A stretch of DNA of 64,000 nt. Origin: Paraspadella gotoi (Eukaryota > Animalia > Chaetognatha). Position numbers and translations under genes: made by a program. The notes beneath the pieces were generated by a model. The model made no database searches. It worked only from the letters and a program-made list of their open reading frames with translations, and was not told the origin of the DNA. The stretch spans positions 15,228,963-15,292,962 of the forward strand of contig CM119265.1 in the NCBI GenBank assembly GCA_051294375.1, read 5' to 3'. Below, one piece after another: positions 25,666-38,326 of the stretch (position 1 is the stretch's first letter; each line of letters starts with the position of its first letter).

Positions 25666-26975
25666 CCTCACTTTTAGAATTTTAATTTAAGTTAAATTTA
25701 AACTTTTTACTACGCTTTAGTGGCCATTGTCGATGTAGAGTTTGTAGAGACAGAGTCGTTCGCGTCGTCATTGTATTTAAGAGTTTATTTCGATTTCCGC
25801 GTCGGCGCTCTTTCATTGCCGAGGTTGTTCTTCTTTTTATCTTTNNNNNNNNNNNNNNNNNNNNNNNNNAGCCCATTTAAACAATAGTAATAAACACCAT
25901 ACAAAGCGAGTATTTACTAGGGACAAGCTCGCGATCGCACCGCCCTGTTCAGACGGAGACCATGTGTTCCCTAATGCAACTGTTAATATCTTTGGTGATT
26001 TAGAGACGGGGGCGAGATTTATGTTCTTGTTGTGAGACTTGTTAAGCTTGGCATGGCGAAAAGAGATCAAAACGAAACAATCTCAGAATACATTCATACA
26101 GTGACAACGTTCATTTATGGGGGTGGTGCGGCTAAGTGGGCCATCACGATAAAAACGGGGGGAAAGAGCGAGAGAGAGAGAGGAGCGAGAGAGCACTGAC
26201 TGAGAGGAAGATGAGAGGAGAGAGAGAGAGAGAGGAGAGAGATGAGAGAGAGAGGAGCAGAGAGAGCATTCGGAGAGAGAAGAAGAGTGGAAAGAGACGA
26301 GGAGGAGAGGGATGAGATGAGAACAAGCAGAGAAGTATCGAGAGCGAGAGCAGAGCAGACGCAGTAAAAAAGAAAGCAGTTGAGACTAAAAGAGTTACAG
26401 TTACTTTACTTCATTATGACCTTAATGTTCATTATTCATAATTAACTATTTTCACTCACCCCTTCCGTGTCTCCCCAGTCCCTTATTGTTGCGCATCCCC
26501 ACCCCCTGCCAAATGTTCCTTGCCATTGCCCCATTGCCCCCTCCAGAGACCTGTACCCCGGAGTTGCCGCAAGCGGTGCACCCCTCAGGGTTCGGGACGC
26601 CAGATTCCGACGACGCGACGCCACGGACCCGACGACGACGCAAGGAAACCGGAGAGTCGACACAAGGGGCACCGTTGCGTCACGTGAGGACGCCGCGGTG
26701 AGAGGGGCGTCGAGAACACGCGCGAGTCAGGTGAGAGAGAAGCAGACAGAGAGAAGATGACCGAGGAGAGAGAGATCGAGACGAGATGAAAGAGAGAGAG
26801 AGAGGAGAGACGAGAGGAGAATGGCATCTTGAGGAGTGATGCAGAGAGGGAGAATTGATTGAACTAAGCTCGGGTAAAGTTAGTTCTTAGAGTGCGCAAC
26901 AGGAGCGAAGTTTTTAATGTCAAAAGAGGCGCCATTCCAAAGAAAAGCTCGGTAAAAAGATAAATTTGAATGAAT

Positions 26976-27104
26976 ATTTCAAAATGGACTTTTTCTTAAT
27001 TTTGATGGCAGATTTATACATTAATGTTCATTAGTACAACGTTGTTCAAACCTCACTTTTAGAATTTTAATTTAAGTTAAATTTAAACTTTTTACTACGC
27101 TTTA
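26976..27104 (+). repeat. Internally deleted copy of the 25.2-25.7 kb element
   Basis: 26976-27015 is identical to 25264-25303 and is joined directly to 27016-27104, which matches 25639-25719. Confidence 0.85.
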
Positions 27105-27997
27105 ATAGGCAGTAACTATTGAATGTTGTTGATTAAGACCGTTTGCTCAAGTATAATAAAATAACATAAATACTGGTTGAAATAATGTATTTAATTTGTG
27201 AGTTTTATACTTTTTATTCTAAAAAAAAACTGTTTCTTTAATAAAAACTACTCATGGCATCTCGCAACTTTTTCTTATCAACTTCTAGCCCTTCCCGGAC
27301 CGTTCCTCAGGGCCCCAGATATTCTTCCCCCTTTAAGCGAACTCCAAGCCACCACTTGGGTTTCTCTCTTTCAAAGAACATTTTGACGTTTGACGTTCGA
27401 CGTCGAAGCCACCTGCCGCTGACGGCGCTGACAGCATCGACAAAAGAACAGAACAACCAACAGGAAGAACCAAAAAGAAGGGATCGATTGATTGGGTAAA
27501 GAGAAAGGGGAAAGAAGAGAAAGANNNNNNNNNNNNNNNNNNNNNNNNNNNNNNNNNNNNNNNNNNNNNNNNNNNNNNNNNNNNNNNNNNNNNNNNNNNN
27601 NNNNNNNNNNNNNNNNNNNNNNNNNNNNNNNNNNNNNNNNNNNNNNNNNNNNNNNNNNNNNNNNNNNNATAAAGAAATAAATTATTAATGAAGTAATAAT
27701 GAATAATTTAACCAATAAAACTGTTTCACAGAATCCCAGAGTCGACTCCAATCCAATACTCAAGTCTGTTTTCAATAAAATAAAAAAAAAAATTCACGGA
27801 AACTTGGAACAAAATCAAATTTAAAAACTCGACGTCTCGTTGACTTTTGCCAAGAGGATACCTTTTGTTTTGAAAGGAGGGAGCGAAAGAGAAGAGGGAA
27901 AACAGTTTTGTATCCAAACCGAAGTTAAATATTAAGGGGAAAGATTAAATGGATCATGACAAAGAGGTTTTCGAAAAAAAAACGATAATTGGCAGAG

Positions 27998-28057
27998 TGG
28001 TGGTTAAGTACTTGGTAGTCATTTCAATGGTGGTTAAGTACTTGGTTGTCATTTCAA
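27998..28057 (+). repeat. 30-bp tandem duplication
   Basis: TGGTGGTTAAGTACTTGGT(A/T)GTCATTTCAA x2, one mismatch. Confidence 0.9.
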
Positions 28058-28147
28058 ATCGAGATATAACTGATTGGTGAGCGAACGCGTTGTGAAACGG
28101 ATCTTTGTGAAAGAATATTGCGTGAAGACGAAAAGGGAGAAAAGAAA

Positions 28148-28840
28148 NNNNNNNNNNNNNNNNNNNNNNNNNNNNNNNNNNNNNNNNNNNNNNNNNNNNN
28201 NNNNNNNNNNNNNNNNNNNNNNNNNNNNNNNNNNNNNNNNNNNNNNNNNNNNNNNNNNNNNNNNNNNNNNNNNNNNNNNNNNNNNNNNNNNNNNNNNNNN
28301 NNNNNNNNNNNNNNNNNNNNNNNNNNNNNNNNNNNNNNNNNNNNNNNNNNNNNNNNNNNNNNNNNNNNNNNNNNNNNNNNNNNNNNNNNNNNNNNNNNNN
28401 NNNNNNNNNNNNNNNNNNNNNNNNNNNNNNNNNNNNNNNNNNNNNNNNNNNNNNNNNNNNNNNNNNNNNNNNNNNNNNNNNNNNNNNNNNNNNNNNNNNN
28501 NNNNNNNNNNNNNNNNNNNNNNNNNNNNNNNNNNNNNNNNNNNNNNNNNNNNNNNNNNNNNNNNNNNNNNNNNNNNNNNNNNNNNNNNNNNNNNNNNNNN
28601 NNNNNNNNNNNNNNNNNNNNNNNNNNNNNNNNNNNNNNNNNNNNNNNNNNNNNNNNNNNNNNNNNNNNNNNNNNNNNNNNNNNNNNNNNNNNNNNNNNNN
28701 NNNNNNNNNNNNNNNNNNNNNNNNNNNNNNNNNNNNNNNNNNNNNNNNNNNNNNNNNNNNNNNNNNNNNNNNNNNNNNNNNNNNNNNNNNNNNNNNNNNN
28801 NNNNNNNNNNNNNNNNNNNNNNNNNNNNNNNNNNNNNNNN
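28148..28840. other. Assembly gap (largest). Others: 9376-9726, 10626-10895, 11769-12055, 12287-12596, 25018-25038, 25845-25869, 27525-27668, 40776-40785
   Basis: Runs of N. Confidence 0.99.
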
Positions 28841-28885
28841 TGTTAGTCTAAATTTTTGTAAAGGAATCGAAAAAGAAAACTACTC

Positions 28886-28940
<55 letters not shown>

Positions 28941-30482
28941 CGCTCCTGTCGTCTCGATAAAGGGAGAAATCACTATAAGAGGCCTCGTTTCCGCTTTGTC
29001 GGTTTGTTCTCTTTTCTGAAAATTTAATAATAGATTTGAAGAGCCGAAAACGCGAATTAGGCGTCAAAAAAAAACATCTTGACAAAGAAAAAAAAACCAC
29101 AACTTTTTTTCTCATTTTTTCTCTCCCCAAATTTTCTTTTTTCGGCTTCCAAATTTTCGCGCGGTCGCCTTTGAAAGGAAAGGCCTCGTTAAAGGCGTTT
29201 ATTGAGTTTCCTTTTTTTTTGCGATTTTATTTACAGACGTTTCGGGCAGACTCTTTGGATTTGGTCCACGTTGACTTTTTCCAAAGCAGTTTTGGATTAT
29301 TGTCATGCTTTAAAAATATTCCAATAAATTGTGAAAGGAGACCCGGTGCCCGCCTTCTCTCTCTTCTCTCATATTCTTTCTTTCTCTCTCTTTATCCCTC
29401 ATTCCATCTTTCATTCCCTTTTCTTCTTTGCCATTTTTGTTTCTTTTTTCCTCAACGTCGACGTCGTTGTTGTTGCCGTCGTCGTCGTCGTCGGAATGTT
29501 CGGCCATCTTGTACTAAACGAGGTGATGACGTTAATATTTTATTTTAATCTTTTTTTTTCTTATCGGCCCCGCCTTGGAGAGAAGGGAAAATGATTTGTA
29601 TTAGCGCTTTTAACCCTGTCATTCGTCCGAGACACAAAAGCAATTGTACATATGAAAGTTACAAAATTGTCGATGGCGTATTTCTTTTTAGATTTAAAAA
29701 TAACTATTATTCATGATTTTATTTATTTGTTAAAATATTTTTGTGTTAAATATTTAAATATTATTTATCTGTTTGGGATGGGGACGTTAGTGTTGTCTTC
29801 AGGAAATAGAGGGTGCATCAACACAACACAAAGTTTGATTACTTTTTGTTCCAGTTTTGTAATTGTACATCATTCCTGTTGGAAAATCATAAATGAGAAA
29901 CTCATAATATCTTAAAGGCCGAACAAAAATGGGGGAATGGATAATTTTTTGGGGGATTAAGGTTATATTGTATTATATTGTTTTTATCATAATGATAAGA
30001 CTACCTTGTAAAATTGTATGTTCTGATAGGGAAACATACTGGGGAAAGTTTTATAGGGGCACCCTTATATTTCGAATGTAATTTTAAAGTATATGTTAAA
30101 ATATTTGTTATATTATATTTTTACATTATATACGATTGTAAAGTATAAATTAATTTTATGTGCAACCTTCACCGAATCCTCTCCCTTTCTTCTCTCCTTT
30201 TCAATTTCATTACTCTTCTCATCCGAGTTGTTTTTTTTCTCCTTCAATCGGTTCTTCTCTTCCTCTTCCCGTCCCCCCGGGCGCTGATGACGATGACCTT
30301 ACCCAATTCATTTCCTCACCTTTTTTTTGTTTTGGGCTTGGGATTAGGAGGAGGAAGAGGAAGAGGAGGAAGAAGAAGGATCCATCTCCAAAGCGGGAAG
30401 GATTCCATCGACGTTCTGTTTACTGTCCTTGAAAGAGAGAATTAGAAATTGAAGTAGTACAAGATAATACCAGGAAGAAGAT

Positions 30483-30527
<45 letters not shown>

Positions 30528-31505
30528 AGAGGAAGAGAAGAGAAAGAGAGAGAGAGATAGTGTTTCTAAATAGAAGGCTTTTCTGGGAAATCGAAAGTTT
30601 TTTTAAAGATCTCTTTTCTTTCTTAAGATAACGTATATATTGTTTAGGAATCGTTTTATTGTTTGCCACGTTCTATATAATGGTAATCAACAATTGTTCA
30701 TTTTTTAGAAGCCAGCAATAGCGAAAAGAAGTTGAATAATTTATCGGCAGCTCTGCCACCTGGCTCTGAATCGGCATTTGGTTGTCGAATAAAAAAAAAT
30801 CAAAGAAAGCGCTGTAAGAATAATCACGGGCGGAGGAAAAAGAAAAAAAAAAGGAAATAAACCGTGAAAATCTGTAAAAAAAAGAAAAAAAAGGGTGAGC
30901 GACTCGAATTTTGCCTCAAAAAAATTATTCTCAATATTTGATATCATCAAATGAATCTGCGGCAAAGAAGGACGTTTGATTATATCGTTTTTGCGATAAA
31001 TGCGATATTCCTTTAGATTTTCTCCCCATGTTTTTTCTCTTTCAGTTAAAATTCGATCGGTCGGGATTTTTGTTACTACGATTGTATATAGCTTATATCA
31101 ATTTATGTTACATCTAATGAGCAAATCAGAGTTCGATAAAGCAAAGATGAATGATACGCCACTTTGTAACATACTGAATAGTAATTTCTTGTCAAAAAGA
31201 ACCGATGCCTGTATGAAATTATACTAAAAATGTTTCATATCCATTAAATTGAGTTAAATTTATAAAAAAATTAATGTAAGACATATAGGCTTTCGAGACT
31301 TGAGAGAGCAGATGAAATATTAAGGAAAGGAAAAAAGGTTTTGCCATTAAAAGCAGGCGACTTTGAACGGAGATGAAGTTTCCTTGTTAAACTAAAAAAA
31401 AAAATAGAAACTGCAATTTGTTACAATGACTGTCACGGGCACTTTGGAAACAGATGTTTCTTCACCTCATCCCCTCCCCTTTCTATTTTTCTATCTTTCT
31501 TTCTT

Positions 31506-31641
<136 letters not shown>

Positions 31642-31897
31642 TCCCTCTCAATCTCACTCACACACATGCCACCGCCTTTTTAGCGAGCAAGACGGATTTG
31701 CATATCCCAGCGGAACGCGCGGTCTTTTTCTTGACGCACCCGATCCTCAACCTCCTCGGCGTCCCTCGCCCCCCGCAGGTGCCACCTGTAGTCGTCGGCG
31801 TCGTCGTCGAACGGCATCTGTCATCGCCGCTCGAGAATCAAAAGCATCTCCCGTTCGATCGACGACTTTGAAAGAGAGTAGTTAGGACGGAGACGCC

Positions 31898-31970
<73 letters not shown>

Positions 31971-32354
31971 AGAGAGAAGAGGAGAGAGAAGAAGAGGAGA
32001 GAAGAGAGAGAAGAGAAATGTTGAAAAAAAATATAATGGATGGCGAAAAAGTCGGGGATTCTAAAATTTAAAAAAATCCAACCTTTTGTTCTCGCTTTAG
32101 TGTTTACATTAAACGTGGTCTATTGGTTTTCAATACGGGCGGGGCGGACGGACCCACCAAAGGGGCGACGCCAGACGAAGCCCGATGGGAGGGCATGGAA
32201 AGGTGGATAGGTGGAAAATGGGATGGAAAAAGATGGTGTATAACTGAATCAGAAATTGAAGGTGGTTGTTGAATAAACGTTGAACGATTGTCCGTCGGAG
32301 CAAAGACGTTAGTGAAAGGGTGGATATGTGGATAAGGGGTTAAGTGGGCTGAAG

Positions 32355-32553
32355 ACTACTATCCGTAACTTCTGCGCCGCCTCAGCAGCCATGGTACGGG
32401 TCCTGGGTTTGGAACCAGGCTTGAGAGGGTTCCACGCCCAAAAGGCGGTTGACGGCCGTCCTCACGCTTCCCTCAGGCTAGTTACCGGGTTGGGATTGAA
32501 TCCGGTTCCTAAAAGTCATGAGCTGATGGCTTTACTCAATGAGCCACCGGGTC
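32355..32553 (-). mobile_element. tRNA-derived SINE (or tRNA pseudogene plus unique tail)
   Basis: Minus strand 32553-32482: GACCCGGTGGCTCATTGAGTAAAGCCATCAGCTCATGACTTTTAGGAACCGGATTCAATCCCAACCCGGTAA. It has an A-box-like TGGCTCATTGAG, a B-box-like GATTCAATCCC and a partial acceptor stem, resembles tRNA-Lys/Met, has a broken anticodon arm, and is followed by a ~130-bp GC-rich body. The 3' boundary is approximate. Confidence 0.55.
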
Positions 32554-32994
32554 ACAACAGAAGAAGTCTTGCTTATAGGCGGGGTGAACTTAGGCAATGC
32601 CCGACTACAGATATAGCGTTTAAAAAAAGATGATGGTCAGTCGTTTGATAGTTGTTGGAGCAGGCATTGATGTAAAAAAGCGGGGAGTGGTTAAAGGCGA
32701 CGGGAGTGTTTTGGGATCATCGTCCTGTGGTGATGGAAAGACGATTATAGGTATTAATAGAAGTAAAACGGAGGGTGGATAAAAATGAGCGAGGGACGTT
32801 GAACAGATAGGGCGGCTGAAGGAGGAGTAAATAAGAGGCGTCATCGAGCGGAGATCGGGTAGGGAGGGCGTCGGCTGTGGCTACGGCGGCGGCGGCGGGA
32901 AAGCGCGGGAAATATTCTCACTCACACAAAGTAGTCGCTATTAAAATGATGGGGAAAAAAAGAAAAAGGAAGAAAGAAAAAAGAAGAACGAAAG

Positions 32995-33077
32995 AACGAA
33001 CGAACGAACGAACGAACGAACGAACGAACGAACGAACGAACGAACGAACGAACGAACGAACGAACGAACGAACGAAC
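32995..33077. repeat. (GAAC)n microsatellite
   Basis: Direct reading. Confidence 0.95.
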
Positions 33078-34821
33078 TAACAAAAGAACGAAAGAACGAA
33101 AAAGAGTAAATAAGAAAAATATGAAAGAATAAAGGGGGACGAAATAAATGAGATGAAAGGTAAAGCAGAGAAATGGATGAAAATAAATATCTTTCAAAAG
33201 GGAAAAAAGTAAAATAATATGAATATAAAGACAGGATCAATTAGTGAAAGAACATAGTAAAAATTAAAAATAGTAAAAAAAAAATCTAAAAAGAATAGAA
33301 AACAGGTGAGGGAGAAGTCGCTTTCCTTAAGTTAAAGAAATTATAACCGAACTCGATCTCTTCATCAATCAATCAATCAATCAATCATTCAAATCGGAGA
33401 AAAAAAGACACAAATGAAAAAAAGAATCGACGAATCGATAAATCACACGAATGGAAAAAAAAATGTGGAAAAAAATATTGAAACTCGTTTACGAATCAAA
33501 ACGATTTTTTTTTCTGTTTCTTTTTTCTAAAAGCAAAAGAAGAAAAAAAAATTTAAAAAACGCGACACAAAAAAAAAGTCGGAATGAAGAATGGGCCAGA
33601 GGGAAAAAAAGCGCTAAGAATAGCTGAAGCCAAGTATAATCTGTCTGTCTAAAGAGACAAAAAAAGAAAATTGATGACGTCATCAAAAAAAAAAAAAAAA
33701 TACAAAAGTGACATCGAATTTGTAAGTTCCGGGACGGAAAGCAAATGGGCATTGTTGCCATAGTTGCCATCCTTGTTGTGAGAGAGAATATGGTTGTCCT
33801 TGTTGCACGAATTTCTTGAAAATGACGAGAGTTACAGAAGCAACAGCAAATTTGTACATTCATATAAACGTAAAACGCCCAATGAAGGAAAATAAACGCT
33901 TCTTATTTCTCTAATTTATTATTTTCCGCCGCCTTTTATCCCCTTATTTTTCCCGACGTGGGCCTCCTCATTTTTTTTGGCTTCTTTTGTTTTGATGTTT
34001 TTGGGCTTTTTTTTTTCCGCCATTTTGTTTCTTTTCGCGTTTTGCGTCCTCGTGTCGCCGCCTTACGTCACTAACTCAAATCGAATCACAACATGTCACG
34101 CGAGGGCGCAGCCATGCGGAAAACACATTTTTCTGATTCTATTAGGGACGAAGAAAGACGAGGACGACGAAGAGAACGACCAAAATAACAACATTGACGA
34201 GCGAGTTGTTGGACGCTTCGCCTTTACTCTCGACGTCGGGCCGTCGGAAATCGCGGTTCAAGGGACGGAAATCTGTAAGAGCTTTACGCGGATTTTATGG
34301 CAACAGCCGGGTTACCTGTGATGCCTTGAGGGCTTCCGACCCTCAGTGACGCATCCAGTCACTGGCGCGCTTACCCTAGGACGGTCTCGCTTTGCCAACG
34401 CAGAGGGAAGTCGTTAGGACTGAGGAATGTGGATGGAACACAATGCCTGGGATTGTGCGTTCCCCCTCTGAGCCAATGGATTTGGGTGAACGATGGTGGA
34501 CGTGAGGCGGTGTGAATATACCGCCACAAGTTATTGGATATAAGGTCCTTCTGTCCAGAGTAGTCAGCTCGGCGTCTTCTTGTCGTCGGAATCAAAATGG
34601 GTCACGGAGTGACTATGAGGCCGCCGGTCACAAAAAAGCTAGAGAGAGAACGACAGTCATGACGACATGCATCAGCATCATCATCATCTTCATCATCATC
34701 GTCACCTTATTCCCAACGAAGATGGTTTGGGTGAGCCAAGGAAACGTCATGAAAATTTAATCGATGCGGTTGTAAGGAAAACTTGGCGCCCGTCTAACTC
34801 CAATGGGAGGAGAGAGAGAGG

Positions 34822-34875
<54 letters not shown>

Positions 34876-35025
34876 GAGAGAGAAGAGAGAGAGAGGAGAG
34901 AGAGATGAGATTTTTTAGCGCCCCTCTATTGCACGGTTAAAGGACTGATTCCCCTACGAACCAGAAAATCTCCTTTGCGGATGAAAAATTGCTCTATTGA
35001 TGCCAAGATGGTGACTACGACGAGC

Positions 35026-35052
35026 ATGATGATGATGAAGAAGATGATGATT

Positions 35053-35121
<69 letters not shown>

Positions 35122-35232
35122 ATGATGATGAAGATGATGATGATGATGATTATGACGATGACGATGATGAAGATGATGATTATGATGGTGTTGGTGATGA
35201 CGAGGATGATTATGATGGTGACGGTGATGAAG
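35026..35232. repeat. (GAT)n microsatellite with variant units
   Basis: Direct reading; source of the poly-Met/poly-Ile ORFs. Confidence 0.95.
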
Positions 35233-35677
35233 GTATGAGGAGGTATGATCAATAAAAGACGAGGGATGAAGGAGCGGGTTGACTTGACTTGAACGGAGAA
35301 GCGGCGTCGGCGTTCATATTCACTTCGACTTCGAAGATTGAAATCTGAAAAATCTCATCAATTTGAGATCAGCGACAGGAATGCCACTGGACGAATAGAG
35401 AGGCCTCGTCCGGACGACGCCAAAATTGAAAATCAGTCGCGAGTTTTTTTGTCTTTCTTTTCTTTTTCTTTTCTTTTTCTTTTCTTTTTATTTTATTTTT
35501 ATTTACTTTTTCTTTTGTCAAAATTTCAAAGAAACCACAGATAATGATAATGTCCACAGACTACAGATAATGACCATGATAAAGAATAAGAAATTAAACG
35601 AAACCCATTGAATTTTCCTTAATTTTTTTAAATGGTTCCGTAAAAAAAAACCAGAATATTATTTTACAAAATTTCTA

Positions 35678-36464
35678 CAGGGTGGGACCAAATATCGAGA
35701 CAAAACTTAACTTCCTGCCCTGTCTGAACGATTTGAGATACAATAATAAATAGGTGCCAGAAGATTTTCTGTCTTTTTACTTTCATATGCAAGAAACAAT
35801 AACAAATTTTAAACAACTACAGGGCGTTGTGGATGTTTTCAAATCATTTAGTCAGTTTTATACGCGCACCTTACATTGCATAGTAAAAAGCCATACTTGT
35901 AAATATTTATCAGTGATCGTTTCTGAATATGATAGTGGTATGTCTTCTCTTTAATTTCTTCTAATTTCAGATTTTATACCATCCAAATTAAACTTATTAA
36001 ACTTTTATAAGGTAAGTAAAACAAAATTTAAGAAGATTTTAAGGAATAAGCTTAAATCGTCAAATACTTTATGTATTTTTTGCTGACTTGACCCTTTTAT
36101 CATGCATTCTGAAATCTGACATGATTAATTAATATAATGTAATGTAATGTAATGTATATCATGCTAAAAGTATTCTTATACTATAAATAAGCATTTTCAT
36201 GAATAATTTTATCTGGCATGTTTTTAGAATGGGATTAAACAATAAGTAGACAAACATTTTTCTTCCAAACCGCGTGGGGAAAACAGAGTAGTTGCCTTTG
36301 ATTCATCAAAATAAGCATTATATCAAAGAATTTCATAACAATTAATATATCGGATAAAAGCAAAGAAAGAGCATAATTTGAATCTTTATTCATTTTTCGA
36401 AAATCATTAACAGTTTTAGCGAATGATTTTTTAAATTTTGTCTCGATATATGGTCCCATCCCTG
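35678..36464. mobile_element. Tc1/mariner-type MITE (non-autonomous, 787 bp)
   Basis: Terminal inverted repeats CAGGGTGGGACCAAATATCGAGACAAAA vs reverse complement of the right end CAGGGATGGGACCATATATCGAGACAAAA. Flanked by TA on both sides (35676-35677, 36465-36466). AT-rich interior with no transposase ORF. Confidence 0.88.
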
Positions 36465-37229
36465 TATTTTTGTCTTCGATCGCATTTTTAGCTTTCCTTT
36501 ACATGAAGGATATCTTGCTTTTCTCTTTTTCGGGAAGACGAGATTTTTCAGAATTAAATCACATTTAAAAACGTATTAACGATTCTATTCTCTCGAGTAA
36601 AGTAAGAAAACACTTTTTCAACGATGATTTTCGGTTTTAGGCAACAAAGTCAAAGAAAAAAAAATCTTCAATGGATTTTCTCCTCTTTTTTTCCTTTTGT
36701 CAAAACGGAATTTTTTTTTTGTCTCGACATAAATAATTCAGACGCCCGGAGAGACGAGACACCACGGGCAAAGTTGAAAACACCTTAAGGGGAGGGTCGT
36801 TACTATTTCTTTTTTTTTCGAGTTACAAATACAACTTTTTTCCGTTTTTTTCTCGTCCATCTCAAAATTCTTCGCATCCTAATGTTGAAACGGGGGGACG
36901 GGGGGGACTGAAGGAAATTGTATACAATGTTTACAATTCGCTAAGAAATTTGATTTATTTTTTTCTCTCCTCAGAGGCAAAAAAATAAATAAGCTGATAT
37001 TCTTGTCGTTGCGTCGTCGCGTCTCTCTTGAGTCTCGAGGTCGTTCCCTTTGATTTCGATGTTGAGGGGCAACGGATTTTGACCTGTGAATGAATTCTTT
37101 TGATCCGTAAAAATGGGAGGGGGAGAGAGAGAGAGGGAGAGAGAAAGAGAGAGAAAGGGAGAGAAAGGGAAATAATTCAGAAAGCTCTGGCTTCTTGAAT
37201 CACGAATCTTTTTTATTTAACCTTTTCTC

Positions 37230-37280
<51 letters not shown>

Positions 37281-38070
37281 TCTTTCTCTGTCTCTCGACC
37301 CCTTTCTCGTTTTCCTACTTTTTTTCGGCTGAAATAGATTTAAGGCCCCGAAAGACGAGTTGAGGGACGGAGGTGCCCGGAAATTGCCGGAGACAAAAAC
37401 CTTTAAAAAGAGAGGCTCGGCAAAAGGAGGAAAAGGGGAAGGTGGAACGAGAGCGAAAGTGAGTGCCATAGTAAGACAAAGAGAGAGCGCTAGAGTGAGC
37501 AAAAGATTCATCTAGCTGAATTTGATAGTGAGAAACGAAATGACAGACCATACCTTTGATCCCCATTCAAAAAACGAAACGAACTGAATTTAACATCATA
37601 TATTTTACTATGCTCCTCCCTTCCCCTTAAAAGATTTTTTATATTTCGCTTGTAAAAGTTTTTTTGATGATTGGATCGATTTACGTTTAGATTTGCGACT
37701 TTTATCACTTTCGCCTTTTTCTTCTTTGTATTCGTCGTTAAGCTAAAAGCCTAAGCGATCATTCAAGTTTTTGTATATTTTTTCTATTTCACTGTCGATT
37801 CACGTTTCACAGTCGTTCACGAACCGGGGCTACTTGACCGCGCCGTCAATGCCGGGATGGAGTCACCCGTTTTAGTGAATCGCCACTGATTTGTTCTTAA
37901 ATCCTCGTCGATGAGGACGACGACGACGACGACGACGACGATGAAGATGACGACGACACTAAAAAAAATCTTCCGAAAAAAAAATGGCGCACCTTTTCTC
38001 CGCGCCGTCGCCGTTAGGGGCGCTGGCTTTACTCAACGCCTCACCGCCCACGAATTGGAATTTGAGAGAG

Positions 38071-38133
<63 letters not shown>

Positions 38134-38272
38134 AGAGAGATGAGAGAGAGAGGAGACATGGAGAGGAGAGACCGGATTTTCGAATTGAATCTCCGAGTCA
38201 TGTCCTTTAATAATTTTCCTCCTCGAAAAGGAAAGGAGAGGAGAGAGAGAGAGGAGAGAGAGACGAGAGAGA

Positions 38273-38326
<54 letters not shown>

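Noticed and set aside
26440-26720. GC-rich island possibly coding or retroelement-derived
   Set aside because: No recognisable motif in any frame and no termini or target duplications.
29900-30070. Mariner-like terminus GGGGCACCCTTATA
   Set aside because: No matching opposite TIR found in the window.
32482-32553. Functional tRNA gene
   Set aside because: Anticodon and T stems do not pair properly; better read as a SINE head or pseudogene.
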